Shown here in pieces: positions 37,421-47,772 of a stretch of DNA of 64,000 bases. This stretch comes from an uncultured cyanobacterium (GTDB lineage: Bacteria > Cyanobacteriota > Cyanobacteriia > Cyanobacteriales > CAWCAG01), in assembly GCA_963793425.1 (NCBI GenBank), contig CAWCAG010000005.1, positions 2,016,001 to 2,080,000 on the forward strand. The letters run 5' to 3'. The position numbers and the translations under genes are program-made. Position 1 is the first letter of the stretch, and the number at the start of each line of letters is the position of its first letter. A model generated the notes under the pieces. The model searched no databases. It was given only the letters and a program-made list of their open reading frames with translations, and was not told the origin of the DNA.

Positions 37421-38941
37421 TTACTTCTTCCTCAATCTCCTCGAAGCCGGAGGGCGAATTGCCAAAGGTTTTAGGCAGGCGGAAATTAATACTAAAACAG
37501 GAATAATTTCTAATCTTCCCATCCACATAAACATAATTAGAGCCAACTTACCAGGCCATTGTAAAGCGGGGCTAGTAATACCAGTAGATAAACCAACGCT
37601 TCCTAGGGCTGATGTAACTTCAAAAATGACATCAATTAAAGTGTGTGCCGGCAAAGCAAGTTGTAACAAGACAAAGGTGCCCATAATCACCATTCCTAAC
37701 CACAATAAAGCCAAAGCGGCTGCTCCTTCCACCTGGCGGCTTGCTTCTGCTTCTGTCAAAACTTCCCCATCCAACTTAAAACGCATCATTTGGTGAGGCT
37801 TGATTCTTAAGCGTTGGAAGCGCCACAACACCGCTTTATAAAGCACTACAGCCCGTTGCAGCTTTAATCCTCCCACAGTTGAACCAGCAGTCCCCCCAAT
37901 GAACATAGCCATAGTTAATAGCAACTTGGCACTATCACTCCAGCCCTTAATATCCGTACTACCAAAACCGCAAGTTCCCAAAGCTGAAGCCCACTGAAAG
38001 ATGGTATCTCGCCACAACCAGCTATTATCTAAAGAATAGTTCGCCAGCAAAAGCAACAGAGTACCTAAAAATAGTAAAATAACCAAAGCTCGATGTTGGC
38101 TATTTTTCCATAAAGCTTTTATACGTCCGTAGCGCAAGACTTTGTAGTGTATAGCAAAGCTTACTGCCCCCAAAATCATAATCGGAATAGCTGCAATCTG
38201 CACAGTAGGACTAAAAGAGCCAAGGCTTTTGTCTTGAGTACTAAAACCTCCCGTAGAGATACCTGTCATGCCGTGGTTAAGAGCATCCCACCAGCCCATT
38301 CCTGCCACCCGCAAAAGCATGATGCTGGCGATGGTATAAAGAAGATAAATCCACCAGATTTTACGTACCGTTGCCCTCACTGTCAAACCAATAGTTTTAG
38401 AACGTCCTTCGGCACTGTAGAGTTGATAAGGATCAGTACTGGGTTCAAGGACAGAAATTACTAACACGATTACCCCAACCCCTCCTACCCATTGCATCAA
38501 AGAACGCCACCATTGTAAACAATGAGGCAATTCACTAGCCTGAACAGCCATAGTCAAACCCGCACTGGTAAACCCGGAAAAAGCCTCAAAGACGGCATTC
38601 CAAGGCTTCTGAAAGAATAAAACTGTTGCCCCCGTATCCGCAGAAGCAGCTAGTTTAGTAGCAATCATCAAAAAAGGAATAGCTGCAAACAAAGGTATAA
38701 TCAGCCAACCCAAAGCTGCGATCGCCATAGCATGACGCATCTTTAATGATTTAGGCTGTTTGCACTGCTGATAAAAGACTTGCCCCGTCACAAAAGTAGC
38801 TATTGCCGTAACTACAAAAGGACGCACTGCATACACTTCTCCCCAAGCTAAAGATACTAGCACCGATATGAGAGCCATAGCTCCTGGAATATGTAGCAGC
38901 AAACCAAGATCGCGGAAAATTGTTTTTACATAAGGGTTCAT
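37421..38941 (-). CDS. trkH: TrkH-family potassium uptake membrane protein
   Basis: Four P-loops SGFTSAG, STGGF, GTCGF, GSVGL; GSTVGGLK; MWMGRLE. Confidence 0.9.
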   Translation of the reverse strand: MNPYVKTIFRDLGLLLHIPGAMALISVLVSLAWGEVYAVRPFVVTAIATFVTGQVFYQQCKQPKSLKMRHAMAIAALGWLIIPLFAAIPFLMIATKLAASADTGATVLFFQKPWNAVFEAFSGFTSAGLTMAVQASELPHCLQWWRSLMQWVGGVGVIVLVISVLEPSTDPYQLYSAEGRSKTIGLTVRATVRKIWWIYLLYTIASIMLLRVAGMGWWDALNHGMTGISTGGFSTQDKSLGSFSPTVQIAAIPIMILGAVSFAIHYKVLRYGRIKALWKNSQHRALVILLFLGTLLLLLANYSLDNSWLWRDTIFQWASALGTCGFGSTDIKGWSDSAKLLLTMAMFIGGTAGSTVGGLKLQRAVVLYKAVLWRFQRLRIKPHQMMRFKLDGEVLTEAEASRQVEGAAALALLWLGMVIMGTFVLLQLALPAHTLIDVIFEVTSALGSVGLSTGITSPALQWPGKLALIMFMWMGRLEIIPVLVLISACLKPLAIRPPASRRLRKK

Positions 38942-38999
38942 GGTGAAAGTATCCCATTTCTATTGAGGTTGGTGTCGTTTTTCATCGGGATACTGCTAT

Positions 39000-39416
39000 T
39001 TATTGCTTTTCTTCAGACTTCTCTACGAAGCTGAATAATTGCTTAGCAATAAGTTTTTCTGGATCTATTAATACTTGAAAACCTAATTTTTCAAACATAT
39101 CTTTGTGTTCGTAATTGCTCAACATAGTAATCAGATGCTTGATACCTTTTTCTTTGCCCAAAGTCATCGCCATTAAATTAGCGGCATCATCTCCTGTTGT
39201 GGCAAATAAAACATCTGCTTTTTTTCCTCCAGCTTCATCAAGAATTCTACCCTTAGCAATATTTGCTTGAAAGACTTCCACCTCGTCGTATTCTTTCAAC
39301 ATTGCCCTAGCCTGTTCTTCATCTTCTTCTATAACTGCTACGCCATGACCATCTTCAATCGCTAAGGATACCAAGGAACGGGCAACTAACCCTCCACCTA
39401 CGACAATTACATACAT
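39000..39416 (-). CDS. TrkA-N (single RCK) regulatory subunit
   Basis: MYVIVVGGGLVA Rossmann fold, ATTGDDAANL; directly upstream of trkH. Confidence 0.85.
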   Translation of the reverse strand: MYVIVVGGGLVARSLVSLAIEDGHGVAVIEEDEEQARAMLKEYDEVEVFQANIAKGRILDEAGGKKADVLFATTGDDAANLMAMTLGKEKGIKHLITMLSNYEHKDMFEKLGFQVLIDPEKLIAKQLFSFVEKSEEKQ

Positions 39417-39647
39417 AGTTAATAGTAAATCCGCTTCTTATTATAAGGGATAGTACATCTAAGCTTTTGATTAGCCAATTACCTGGAGATTGACCTTTAC
39501 TTACTTTAGTTGAGCTTAACTACCCACAAAGTCCTATTCCTCTCTATCCTAGGGTCAATGACAAAGTATTGGTTGTTATCACTTTCGCCAGATGGTTGTC
39601 TTTACTGCTTTTGAGAAGCTAAGAAATGCAGGTATTAAGGAAAATAA

Positions 39648-41207
39648 ATGAGTAGCATTAGCGCTGTTGTCGCCCAGGTTAGTGATTTGCAAGAAGGAGA
39701 AATGCAGGAAGTTTCTGTGGAGAAAACTAAGGTGCTTCTGGCGAGAGTAGAAGGGAAATTTTTTGCGACTGGGGCTAATTGCACTCATTATGGAGCCAAA
39801 CTAATCAATGGAGTCCTTAAGGGCGATCGCCTGGTTTGTCCTTGGCATAATGCTTGTTTTGGGGTTAAAAGTGGAGAAATGCTTGAACCCCCTGGTTTAG
39901 ATGATTTGCCTGCTTATAAGGTAGAAATTAAAGGAGATGATGTTGTCGTTACTGTTCCGGAAAATGCCCCTCAGCAATGCGTCCCGGAAATGGCAAGTTA
40001 TGATGCCGATGCAGATAGTAGAGTGTTTATTATTTTAGGGGCAGGGGTGGCAGGAATCAATGCTGCTGAGACTTTGCGTAAAGCTGGTTTCCTAGGCAAA
40101 GTGGTCATGCTCACCGCCGAGGATGAGTTACCCTATGATCGTACCATGTTGAGTAAGAAATACTTACAAGAAAAAAGCGACGATAATTCCTTACCCTTGC
40201 GATCACAGCAATTTTATCAAGAGCATGATATCGAAGTACTTACCAATCATCGTGTTAAGGAGGTTGATGCGACCCAAAAACAAATTACCTTCTCTGATAA
40301 CTCCACCATGAATTACGATGCCTTACTCCTCGCTACAGGATGCAAAGCGAGAAAACTTGATATTCCTGGCTTTGATTTAGCCAATGTCTTTACTCTACAC
40401 AACCATGAAGATGCCCAACAAATTGTTGCTGCGGCTAAAAAAGCATCTCAAGCAGTTGTTATTGGGTCTAGTTTTATTGGTATGGAAGTGGCGGCGAGTT
40501 TAAGGAAACAAGACCTTGCTGTTACTGTAATCTCCCCTGATGCAGTACCCTTTGCCTCTATTCTGGGTGAAGAAATTGGGCAGATATTCCGCCAAGTCCA
40601 TGAAAAAAATGGTGTTGTTTTCCACAAGGAAACCAAAGCTACCAAGTTTGTGGGCAACAGCAAAGTTGAGGAAGTAATTCTTAAAGACAGCACTTCCTTA
40701 CCAGCAGATTTAGTAGTAGTTGGGGTAGGAGTCGAACCTGCCACCAGTTACTTAAAAGGAGTGGAACTCAACGAAAAAGATCATAGCATTCCCACCAACG
40801 AATACCTCCAGGTAAAAGAAGGTTTATATGCTGCCGGAGATATCGCCCGCTTCCCCTACTGGCAAACCGAAAAACCCACTCGCATCGAACATTGGCGTTT
40901 AGCAGCACAACATGGCCGCATCGCTGCCTACAATATGGCCGGAAAAGAAGTTAAATTTAAAGGAATTCCTTTCTTTTGGACAGGACAGTATAATTTAAAA
41001 CTCCGCTATGCTGGCCACGCCACTAGTTGGGACGAAGTTATCATTGAGGGTAATCTTGAAGAGCAAGAATTTATTGCCTACTATATTAAAGATCAGCAAG
41101 TTTTAGCAGTGGCAGGATGCAACCAAGATCAAGAAATAGCTGCCATAACTGAATTAATGCGCCAGAAAACATTGAATAAAGAAGATTTGGCATTAGAAAA
41201 AGTATGA
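39648..41207 (+). CDS. Rieske [2Fe-2S] + FAD/NAD oxidoreductase fusion (AIFM3-like)
   Basis: CTHYGA...CPWH; GAGVAG; LLLATG; GSSFIGME; YAAGDIA; RIEHW. Confidence 0.9.
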   Translation: MSSISAVVAQVSDLQEGEMQEVSVEKTKVLLARVEGKFFATGANCTHYGAKLINGVLKGDRLVCPWHNACFGVKSGEMLEPPGLDDLPAYKVEIKGDDVVVTVPENAPQQCVPEMASYDADADSRVFIILGAGVAGINAAETLRKAGFLGKVVMLTAEDELPYDRTMLSKKYLQEKSDDNSLPLRSQQFYQEHDIEVLTNHRVKEVDATQKQITFSDNSTMNYDALLLATGCKARKLDIPGFDLANVFTLHNHEDAQQIVAAAKKASQAVVIGSSFIGMEVAASLRKQDLAVTVISPDAVPFASILGEEIGQIFRQVHEKNGVVFHKETKATKFVGNSKVEEVILKDSTSLPADLVVVGVGVEPATSYLKGVELNEKDHSIPTNEYLQVKEGLYAAGDIARFPYWQTEKPTRIEHWRLAAQHGRIAAYNMAGKEVKFKGIPFFWTGQYNLKLRYAGHATSWDEVIIEGNLEEQEFIAYYIKDQQVLAVAGCNQDQEIAAITELMRQKTLNKEDLALEKV

Positions 41208-41275
41208 TCGTAAAATCTAGAAACAAAGCTCCCTGATTCCCAACCTTACTAGCAACCCATGCAGGATTTAGTCTC

Positions 41276-42349
41276 ATGAATGATGAATCTCGTTCGCCTC
41301 TTACTGATGCTATAGAAACCGCCACTGAAGTTGGTGAAATTGTTGGTAGCATTGCTTTTAAAACTGGCCAAGCAGCAATAGAGCTTGCTTCTGAATTAGG
41401 AGAAACAGCTACCGCTGGGGCCCAAGGAATTCTGGAGCAAGCGACTCAAAGTACAGGAGAAACTCTGGCTGGAATCGCAGAAAATCCTGTCATCAAGTTT
41501 ATCAATGGAAAATTTGGTAATAGTTGGTTAAAAAGTTTGTTGGGCAAAGTTGATACCCAAAAAGCTTTAGAAAGAGTCAAAGCCTTACAGCAAGAATATC
41601 CTAACGCCACCCCCAAGCAAATTGCTCACCGTCTCATGGTGCAGAAAGCGATTCGCGGTGCTGGCATTGGGGTGGCGACTAACTTTATTCCTCCTTTAGC
41701 TGCGGCCCTGTTTGCTTTGGACTTGGCTGCCACTGCCCAACTGCAAGCAGAATTAATTTATGAAATTGCGGCTGTTTATGACTTAGATTTGGAGGATCCT
41801 AGCCGTCGAGGAGAAGTTTTAGCTATTTTTGGCCTCGCTTTAGGGGGTTCTGGCTTCGTGAAAACAGGCTTAAGCTTTGCCGAAGTAATACCAGGGGCAG
41901 GATTAGTGATCGGCGCTTCTACTAATGCGGTGATGTTATACGGTTTAGGACAAGCTGCTTATCGCTATTACGAAGCAAAACAAGACCCCACGACAGCACC
42001 AGCTACTGTGGAAGCGATTCAGCAGGAAAGTGAAGCTTATTTCCAAACCGCAATAGAGCAACAAGAAATCATGGATCGCATCTTGGTTCATATGCTTTTG
42101 GCTAGTTATCCTGATAAATCTTGGTCAGATATTGTCCCAGAATTGCAAAAGGCTAACTTACCGCCTAAATCTGTAGAAGCTATGGCCAATCATATCAAAA
42201 AGCCTCAACCTTTAGAAAAATTATTAAGGCAACTCTCCCCAGATTTAGTCCCACCATTATTAGCAAGATGTCAGCAAATTGCTCTTTTAGATGGCCAAAT
42301 CACCCCAGCAGAAGAACAAGTTTTAGAAGCAATCAAAAAGACTAGCTGA
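41276..42349 (+). CDS. EcsC/DUF697-like protein
   Basis: LQAELIYEIAAVYDLDL...RRGEVLAIFG...IPGAGLVIGASTNA. Confidence 0.65.
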   Translation: MNDESRSPLTDAIETATEVGEIVGSIAFKTGQAAIELASELGETATAGAQGILEQATQSTGETLAGIAENPVIKFINGKFGNSWLKSLLGKVDTQKALERVKALQQEYPNATPKQIAHRLMVQKAIRGAGIGVATNFIPPLAAALFALDLAATAQLQAELIYEIAAVYDLDLEDPSRRGEVLAIFGLALGGSGFVKTGLSFAEVIPGAGLVIGASTNAVMLYGLGQAAYRYYEAKQDPTTAPATVEAIQQESEAYFQTAIEQQEIMDRILVHMLLASYPDKSWSDIVPELQKANLPPKSVEAMANHIKKPQPLEKLLRQLSPDLVPPLLARCQQIALLDGQITPAEEQVLEAIKKTS

Positions 42350-42372
42350 ATTTTCAAACAGCTAGTCTTTTT
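42335..42372. terminator. Bidirectional intrinsic terminator between convergent genes
   Basis: aaaaagactagctg-aattttcaaa-cagctagtcttttt. Confidence 0.8.
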
Positions 42373-42403
42373 AATGAAATTCTAATTAGCAAAGGTATTG
42401 CTT

Positions 42404-42523
42404 CTACATAGAAGAGCCAACCCCAGCGTAAGCACCATAAAAGAAAATTCCGACAACAGTAATGACTCCCATTCCTGCTACAGTCGCGACGATCCAAAGG
42501 GGAATTTTAGTATCTCCAGACAT
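42404..42523 (-). CDS. psbJ: Photosystem II protein J
   Basis: Hand translation [39 protein letters not shown]. Confidence 0.96.
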   Translation of the reverse strand: MSGDTKIPLWIVATVAGMGVITVVGIFFYGAYAGVGSSM

Positions 42524-42575
42524 ATTTTTTACCTCCTAATTTTGTTTTGAAAAAACAGCTAGTCCAAACTTTTAG

Positions 42576-42695
42576 TTAGTTGAAGAAATAGCTGGAAAAT
42601 AAGATTCCTAGTACAAAGACTAATAATAAACCTAAGTACAAGGATGTACGATTTAATTCAACTGGTTGTTTATTGGGATTTGGTGAACGATCCAT
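42576..42695 (-). CDS. psbL: Photosystem II protein L
   Basis: [39 protein letters not shown]. Confidence 0.97.
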   Translation of the reverse strand: MDRSPNPNKQPVELNRTSLYLGLLLVFVLGILFSSYFFN

Positions 42696-42704
42696 TATTT
42701 TTTT

Positions 42705-42839
42705 CTACCTTTGTACAAACTGCATGGCGGCGATCGCGCCTAAGAAAAATACTGTGGGTACTGTTAGTGTATGAACAGCTATCCATCTAACCGTAAAAAT
42801 AGGATAAGAAACTGGTTGATTTGGGTTATTGCTTGTCAT
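42705..42839 (-). CDS. psbF: Cytochrome b559 beta subunit
   Basis: [44 protein letters not shown]. Confidence 0.97.
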   Translation of the reverse strand: MTSNNPNQPVSYPIFTVRWIAVHTLTVPTVFFLGAIAAMQFVQR

Positions 42840-42865
42840 GATATTTTACTTGATTTTAAAACAAA

Positions 42866-43111
42866 TTAATTACTAAACTCTTTAATTTGATCTTTGGCTT
42901 GATATCTATCAGAAACAATCGGTAGTTCTAGACGATCTTGGCTAAAATACTCATCTGGGCGAGGTGTACCAAAAGCGTCGTAAGCTAAGCCTGTACTGAC
43001 AAATAACCATCCGGCTACAAAAAGCATAGGAATGGTAATACTATGGATGATCCAATAACGGACACTAGTAACAATGTCTGAAAATGGTCGTTCTCCAGTT
43101 GTACCTGACAT
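42866..43111 (-). CDS. psbE: Cytochrome b559 alpha subunit
   Basis: [23 protein letters not shown]. Confidence 0.98.
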   Translation of the reverse strand: MSGTTGERPFSDIVTSVRYWIIHSITIPMLFVAGWLFVSTGLAYDAFGTPRPDEYFSQDRLELPIVSDRYQAKDQIKEFSN

Positions 43112-43196
43112 GATAATGTTCTCCTCTTACAACATTTTGAAACTTACTTTACATCATATAAGAACTTGTTCGCTCGACTACAAGTATTAGTCTATT

Positions 43197-44201
43197 TTAA
43201 ACGGCTTCTTGGGGTTGTTCATATTTAAGTAAAGTTCCTCTTTGACCGAGAATAAATCCCTGTTGAGGATTTAAGAAGATCACTTCATAAAAATTAGAAG
43301 GAATTCCTTCCACCTCGCGATCTTTTTCCCAAGTTTGACCCCCATCGCTACTGCGAAGCAAGTTACCGCTTCCCCCGGCAACCCAAATCTCTTCTGGAGT
43401 ACGGTAGCCCATATCAAGCAGCCCCCAGCTAGCAGCAATTTCTGGGTATTTGGTTTCATCCCAAGTCTCTTCTTCTTCTAAAGAGCTAAATTGCAACTGA
43501 CCACCCCTAGCCAAAAGCCAAAGCCGACCATCTTTGCCGAAGCCCATATTTTGTAGCCGCCGAGAAGAGTTACGTTGGTGGGGTGTCCACTCATCGTCCC
43601 CTGGCTCCCAAGTGGAATAAAAGTTACCTCTAGCAGAAACAGCTAGGTATCTTCCATCTTCAGCACGACTTATATTCCTGGCTACACCTACTGCTCCTTG
43701 AACTAAGGCTTGCCAGTTTTTGCCACCGTTAGTAGTTTCATAGATAGCTCCTAAATTAGTTACCATCTCCGCTGAATCGGGGCCTAAAGCAACAATATTG
43801 TAGGGCGCACCCGGTAACTTAGCGCTGAGGGGAATACGCGACCAATTGCTGCCACCATCTTTGGTATGTAGTAAGATTGCTGGTTCTCCAGTAATCCAGC
43901 CCTCTTGTCCAGAGAAGCTTACGGAGTTAAAACTGACTTTTTCCTCCCCTAAGTCTAAACTGCGCTGTTCCCAACTATCTCCTCCATCTGTAGTTTCAAA
44001 TAAAGTTGCTTTCGTACCTACTAACCAGCCATGGCTGGAGTCATCAGTAAAAGCAATGTCAGCGAAACTTGCTTCAGTAGGAAGCTGAAGAGACTTCCAA
44101 GGATTATTACTTACGGAATGGATATTGCTACAGCTTACGCAGAATAAAACAACAGCCATCAGGACAACTATTTGTTTTAACTTTCTCACTAAGGAGTTCA
44201 T
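43197..44201 (-). CDS. ycf48: Photosystem II assembly factor Ycf48/HCF136
   Basis: Lipobox-like CVSC, BNR repeats TTDGGDSW, VSARGNFY, RRLQNMG; rubA-ycf48-psbEFLJ synteny. Confidence 0.95.
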   Translation of the reverse strand: MNSLVRKLKQIVVLMAVVLFCVSCSNIHSVSNNPWKSLQLPTEASFADIAFTDDSSHGWLVGTKATLFETTDGGDSWEQRSLDLGEEKVSFNSVSFSGQEGWITGEPAILLHTKDGGSNWSRIPLSAKLPGAPYNIVALGPDSAEMVTNLGAIYETTNGGKNWQALVQGAVGVARNISRAEDGRYLAVSARGNFYSTWEPGDDEWTPHQRNSSRRLQNMGFGKDGRLWLLARGGQLQFSSLEEEETWDETKYPEIAASWGLLDMGYRTPEEIWVAGGSGNLLRSSDGGQTWEKDREVEGIPSNFYEVIFLNPQQGFILGQRGTLLKYEQPQEAV

Positions 44202-44283
44202 AGCGTTTAAAGAAAATGATGAAGAAAATTTGTTCATATATATTTTTGTTGCCTTCCTGAAAAACTACTGACTTTTAATCTTT

Positions 44284-44631
44284 TCACTGCAAGCCATAAA
44301 GACTAAGGAAAAAGATAAAGCCTAAAGCCAAAGCACCAAAAATGAGCAGGTTTTTTTGAGCCGGAGTTAAACGATTTACCCCCAAGCCAAAATCTAGATT
44401 TTCCTTAAATCCTGAGGGTGCGCCACTAGAGCCGATATCCCGAAATTGGGTGCGGCTAACGTTGCACACAGGGCATTTCCAGCCTGATGGCAAATCTTCA
44501 AATAGAGTTCCAGGAGGGATATCACTTTTGTTATCTCCCTTGCTCGGTTCATAAACATAACCGCAGCTACGGCATTCATAACAAGATGGGGCTTGTTCTG
44601 CAAGTGTCTGTTCTTGTCCAGGCTCAGTCAT
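44284..44631 (-). CDS. rubA: Membrane-anchored rubredoxin
   Basis: CRSCGYVY...WKCPVC plus C-terminal TM. Confidence 0.95.
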   Translation of the reverse strand: MTEPGQEQTLAEQAPSCYECRSCGYVYEPSKGDNKSDIPPGTLFEDLPSGWKCPVCNVSRTQFRDIGSSGAPSGFKENLDFGLGVNRLTPAQKNLLIFGALALGFIFFLSLYGLQ

Positions 44632-44806
44632 TGCGAAAAGGAAGGCAAACCTTAAATGTATGTTAAAAATTATGGCATAAATTGGTTTATTTCAGTTATT
44701 TAGGAAGAATTATCAAAATGATTAGTTCATTTTTGGCCTCACTAACCCACTAACGACCTTATAATAAATAAGTAATTGTAAAGAAGTTGTAACTTAAAAA
44801 TTCATA

Positions 44807-45169
44807 GTGTTTGTCCTTAGTGGCTACGAATATCTCTTGGGATTCATGCTCATTTGTAGCGCAGTCCCTGTCTTAGCGTTAACCGGTTCCAAGCTTTTAC
44901 GACCTCGTACTGGCGGCCCGGAGAGACGCACCACCTATGAATCTGGTATGGAACCGATTGGTGGAGCCTGGATACAATTCAACATTCGCTACTATATGTT
45001 CGCTTTAGTATTTGTGGTGTTTGATGTCGAAACTGTATTCTTATATCCGTGGGCAGTTGCCTTTAATCAACTGGGATTACTAGCTTTCATCGAAGCTTTA
45101 ATCTTCATCGCAATTCTCGTGGTTGCTCTTGTATATGCTTGGAGAAAAGGAGCGCTGGAATGGTCATGA
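44807..45169 (+). CDS. ndhC: NDH-1 subunit C
   Basis: [29 protein letters not shown]. Confidence 0.97.
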   Translation: MFVLSGYEYLLGFMLICSAVPVLALTGSKLLRPRTGGPERRTTYESGMEPIGGAWIQFNIRYYMFALVFVVFDVETVFLYPWAVAFNQLGLLAFIEALIFIAILVVALVYAWRKGALEWS

Positions 45170-45912
45170 ATTCTCAATCAACTAACGATGCTGCTCTTTC
45201 TCAGCAGCAGTCCAATAAAATTTTCAATCCGATTAGTAGTTCTCAAGTTACCCAAGACTTGTCAGAGAATGTCATTTTAACAACAGTAGACGACCTTTAT
45301 AACTGGGCCAGGCTTTCTAGTCTTTGGCCGATGATGTATGGTACTGCTTGTTGTTTCATTGAATTTGCGGCCATGATTGGCTCCAGGTTCGATTTTGACC
45401 GCTTTGGCTTAGTCCCCCGTGCTAGTCCCCGACAAGCTGATTTAATTATCACCGCAGGTACAGTTACCATGAAAATGGCCCCTGCTTTGGTCAGGCTTTA
45501 TGAAGAAATGCCCGAACCAAAATATGCGATCGCCATGGGAGCCTGTACCATTACTGGGGGAATGTTCAGTACGGACTCTCCTAGCGCAGTGAGGGGAGTT
45601 GATAAATTAATTCCGGTGGATGTCTATATTCCTGGCTGTCCTCCCCGCCCTGAAGCAATTATGGATGCCATCATTAAGCTGCGTAAGAAGGTTGCTAACG
45701 AATCTCTACAAGAGAGAAGTACGGTGATGCAACAAACCAACCGCTATTACACCATTCCCCATGAAATGAAAGCGGTTGCTCCTATTCTTACCGGAGAGTA
45801 CATCGAATCAGAAACTCGTCAAGCCCCTCCCAAGGAGTTAGCTGAAGCGACAGGTATGCCTATGCAAACCCCTCTCAAAGAAAAAGCCAAGGAGGAGTTA
45901 GAGCGTGGCTGA
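45160..45912 (+). CDS. ndhK: NDH-1 subunit K
   Basis: [27 protein letters not shown]. Confidence 0.97.
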   Translation: MVMNSQSTNDAALSQQQSNKIFNPISSSQVTQDLSENVILTTVDDLYNWARLSSLWPMMYGTACCFIEFAAMIGSRFDFDRFGLVPRASPRQADLIITAGTVTMKMAPALVRLYEEMPEPKYAIAMGACTITGGMFSTDSPSAVRGVDKLIPVDVYIPGCPPRPEAIMDAIIKLRKKVANESLQERSTVMQQTNRYYTIPHEMKAVAPILTGEYIESETRQAPPKELAEATGMPMQTPLKEKAKEELERG

Positions 45913-46434
45913 AGAAAAAACTAAACAGGAAGAAAACTCCGAAGCTTCTGAAATTGTCCAAGTGGGTCAAGTTTCCTCTTGGTTAAGTGAAAATAGCTTT
46001 GATAACGAAGCTTTAGAGCAAGATCATTTAGGAGTTGAAACAATCAAGGTTGATGCCGAGTTTCTTATTCCTATTTGTACTGCTTTATTTGCTTACGGTT
46101 TCAACTATCTTCAATGTCAAGGAGGTTATGATCTGGCCCGGGTAAAGAGTTGGTTAGTTTCTACCATCTCACTAAGGTTAGCGACAACGCTGATCGCCCA
46201 GAGGAAGTTCGGGTTAAGGTATTCTTGCCCAGAGATAAGCCTCAAGTCCCTTCAGTTTATTGGATTTGGAAAGCGGCTGACTGGCAAGAGCGAGAAACCT
46301 ACGATATGTATGGCATTTTCTATGAAGGGCATCCTAATTTAAAGAGGATTCTCATGCCGGAAGACTGGGTAGGCTGGCCTTTACGTAAGGATTATATTTC
46401 TCCTGATTTTTACGAGTTACAGGATGCTTATTAA
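45905..46434 (+). CDS. ndhJ: NDH-1 subunit J (apparent 1-bp deletion near 46135, probably a sequence error)
   Basis: [13 protein letters not shown] then, in the other frame, [11 protein letters not shown]...[14 protein letters not shown]...PLRKDY; gatctggcccgggt needs one more G to read DLGPG. Confidence 0.9.
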
Positions 46435-46457
46435 GTAAGTTAATCTTGTTTCAATCC

Positions 46458-46494
46458 AAGGCACTCATTTTTAGAAATGGGTGCTTATTTTTTT
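46458..46494 (+). terminator. Intrinsic terminator after ndhCKJ
   Basis: aaggcactcattt-ttag-aaatgggtgctt followed by a T-run. Confidence 0.7.
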
Positions 46495-46548
46495 GTGATC
46501 TACTTTGACTTAAAAATCCGAAAAATCAACTATTTGTTCTCTTCTTCA

Positions 46549-46620
46549 CTGGGGGGTTTGGGGGGCTAGTCCTCCAATAAAACTAAAACTACCCACAGAT
46601 TAACTAAAAGAAGGATTGAC
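46549..46620. repeat. 72-bp dispersed G-rich element, copy 2
   Basis: Matches 36063-36134. Confidence 0.85.
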
Positions 46621-46666
46621 TAAAAAAGAGCGATACTAAAGTGATTTATCTGTAGCGTTATTTTCC

Positions 46667-47644
46667 CTATTTCATATCACCTTTTTCGTAGGAATAAATA
46701 TCTCCTTCTTGCTTAAATAAAGCATCGGAACGTTCGGAAAGCAATTGTAAATCTTCCGGTGCAATATTAACTTCCATCGCTTCTATATTGCTCTTAATTT
46801 GTTGGCGGTTTTGAGTGAAACCAGAAATAACTGCCCCTACACCAGGCTGGTTTTTAACCCAATTAAGGGCTAGTTGAGAAATGCTAACTTTGTATTTATT
46901 GCCCATTTGAGCCATAGTTAATAACATTTCTTGTACAGGCGACCAGCCGCCGTGGGCGCGAATCATACTACTATAATAAAAACTGCGGGCGTGTTCTCCT
47001 TCTGTGGATGGTAAGTCAATTCCTAGAAATTTTCTTGATAGGTAACCTCCTGCTAAAGGGCCATAAGGCAAAAGAGTTACGTCCTTCTCTAAACAGAAAG
47101 GTTGTAAAGACTTTTCGGCACGCCTATCTATTAAGCTATATTGTATTTGATTGGTTTTAATCGGGGCGTATTGCAAAGCTTTTTCTAACATAGGAGTATC
47201 AAAATTAGTTACTCCTAGTTGGCGGATTTTTCCTGCTTCCAAAAGTTCATTAAAAGTTGTGAAGGTTGAACCACAATCTAATTGCGGATTGTGCCAATAA
47301 ATTTGTAAGCAATCTAGGCTCTCTTTTTTTAATTTGCGTAGGGAACTTTCAACTTTACTTTTAATTTGATTAGTATTCGGAATTTCCCCGAAGAAAACCG
47401 CTTTAGTCAAGATTGTACAATCTCTTCCTTGTAAAACTTGACCTAATGTTTTTTCGCTTCTACCATAGATATCTGCTGTATCAAAGCTACTAATTCCCAT
47501 AGCCAGATAAGTATCTATGGTACGCTCAATCTCTTCTTCGGTAATTGCTTGCCAACTACGGTTATCTAATTGCCAGCAACCAACAATTAGAGAATCGGAT
47601 ATGAGGTTTTGGTTTTCTTTCATTAGGGTCAATTTATGGGTCAT
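46667..47644 (-). CDS. Aldo/keto reductase
   Basis: VGCWQL, FDTADIYG, LGVTNF, NQIQYSLIDR, PYGPLAGG. Confidence 0.9.
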   Translation of the reverse strand: MTHKLTLMKENQNLISDSLIVGCWQLDNRSWQAITEEEIERTIDTYLAMGISSFDTADIYGRSEKTLGQVLQGRDCTILTKAVFFGEIPNTNQIKSKVESSLRKLKKESLDCLQIYWHNPQLDCGSTFTTFNELLEAGKIRQLGVTNFDTPMLEKALQYAPIKTNQIQYSLIDRRAEKSLQPFCLEKDVTLLPYGPLAGGYLSRKFLGIDLPSTEGEHARSFYYSSMIRAHGGWSPVQEMLLTMAQMGNKYKVSISQLALNWVKNQPGVGAVISGFTQNRQQIKSNIEAMEVNIAPEDLQLLSERSDALFKQEGDIYSYEKGDMK

Positions 47645-47772
47645 TGCATAGCCATAGCTATTTTTTAGATTTACGGGCTACATATTTATTAGCTCTTAGC
47701 TAGATAACCATTAGCAAGCTTTTAATAAATCATCGGCAATTATAACAGATTAAAAGTGATATTTCTAGTAAT

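Noticed and set aside
44770..44795. RpaB/HLR1-like direct repeat upstream of ndhC
   Set aside because: The two TTACAA units are 11 bp apart rather than the expected 10; too weak to call.
46130..46150. Programmed frameshift in ndhJ
   Set aside because: No slippery heptamer; a one-base sequence error is more parsimonious.
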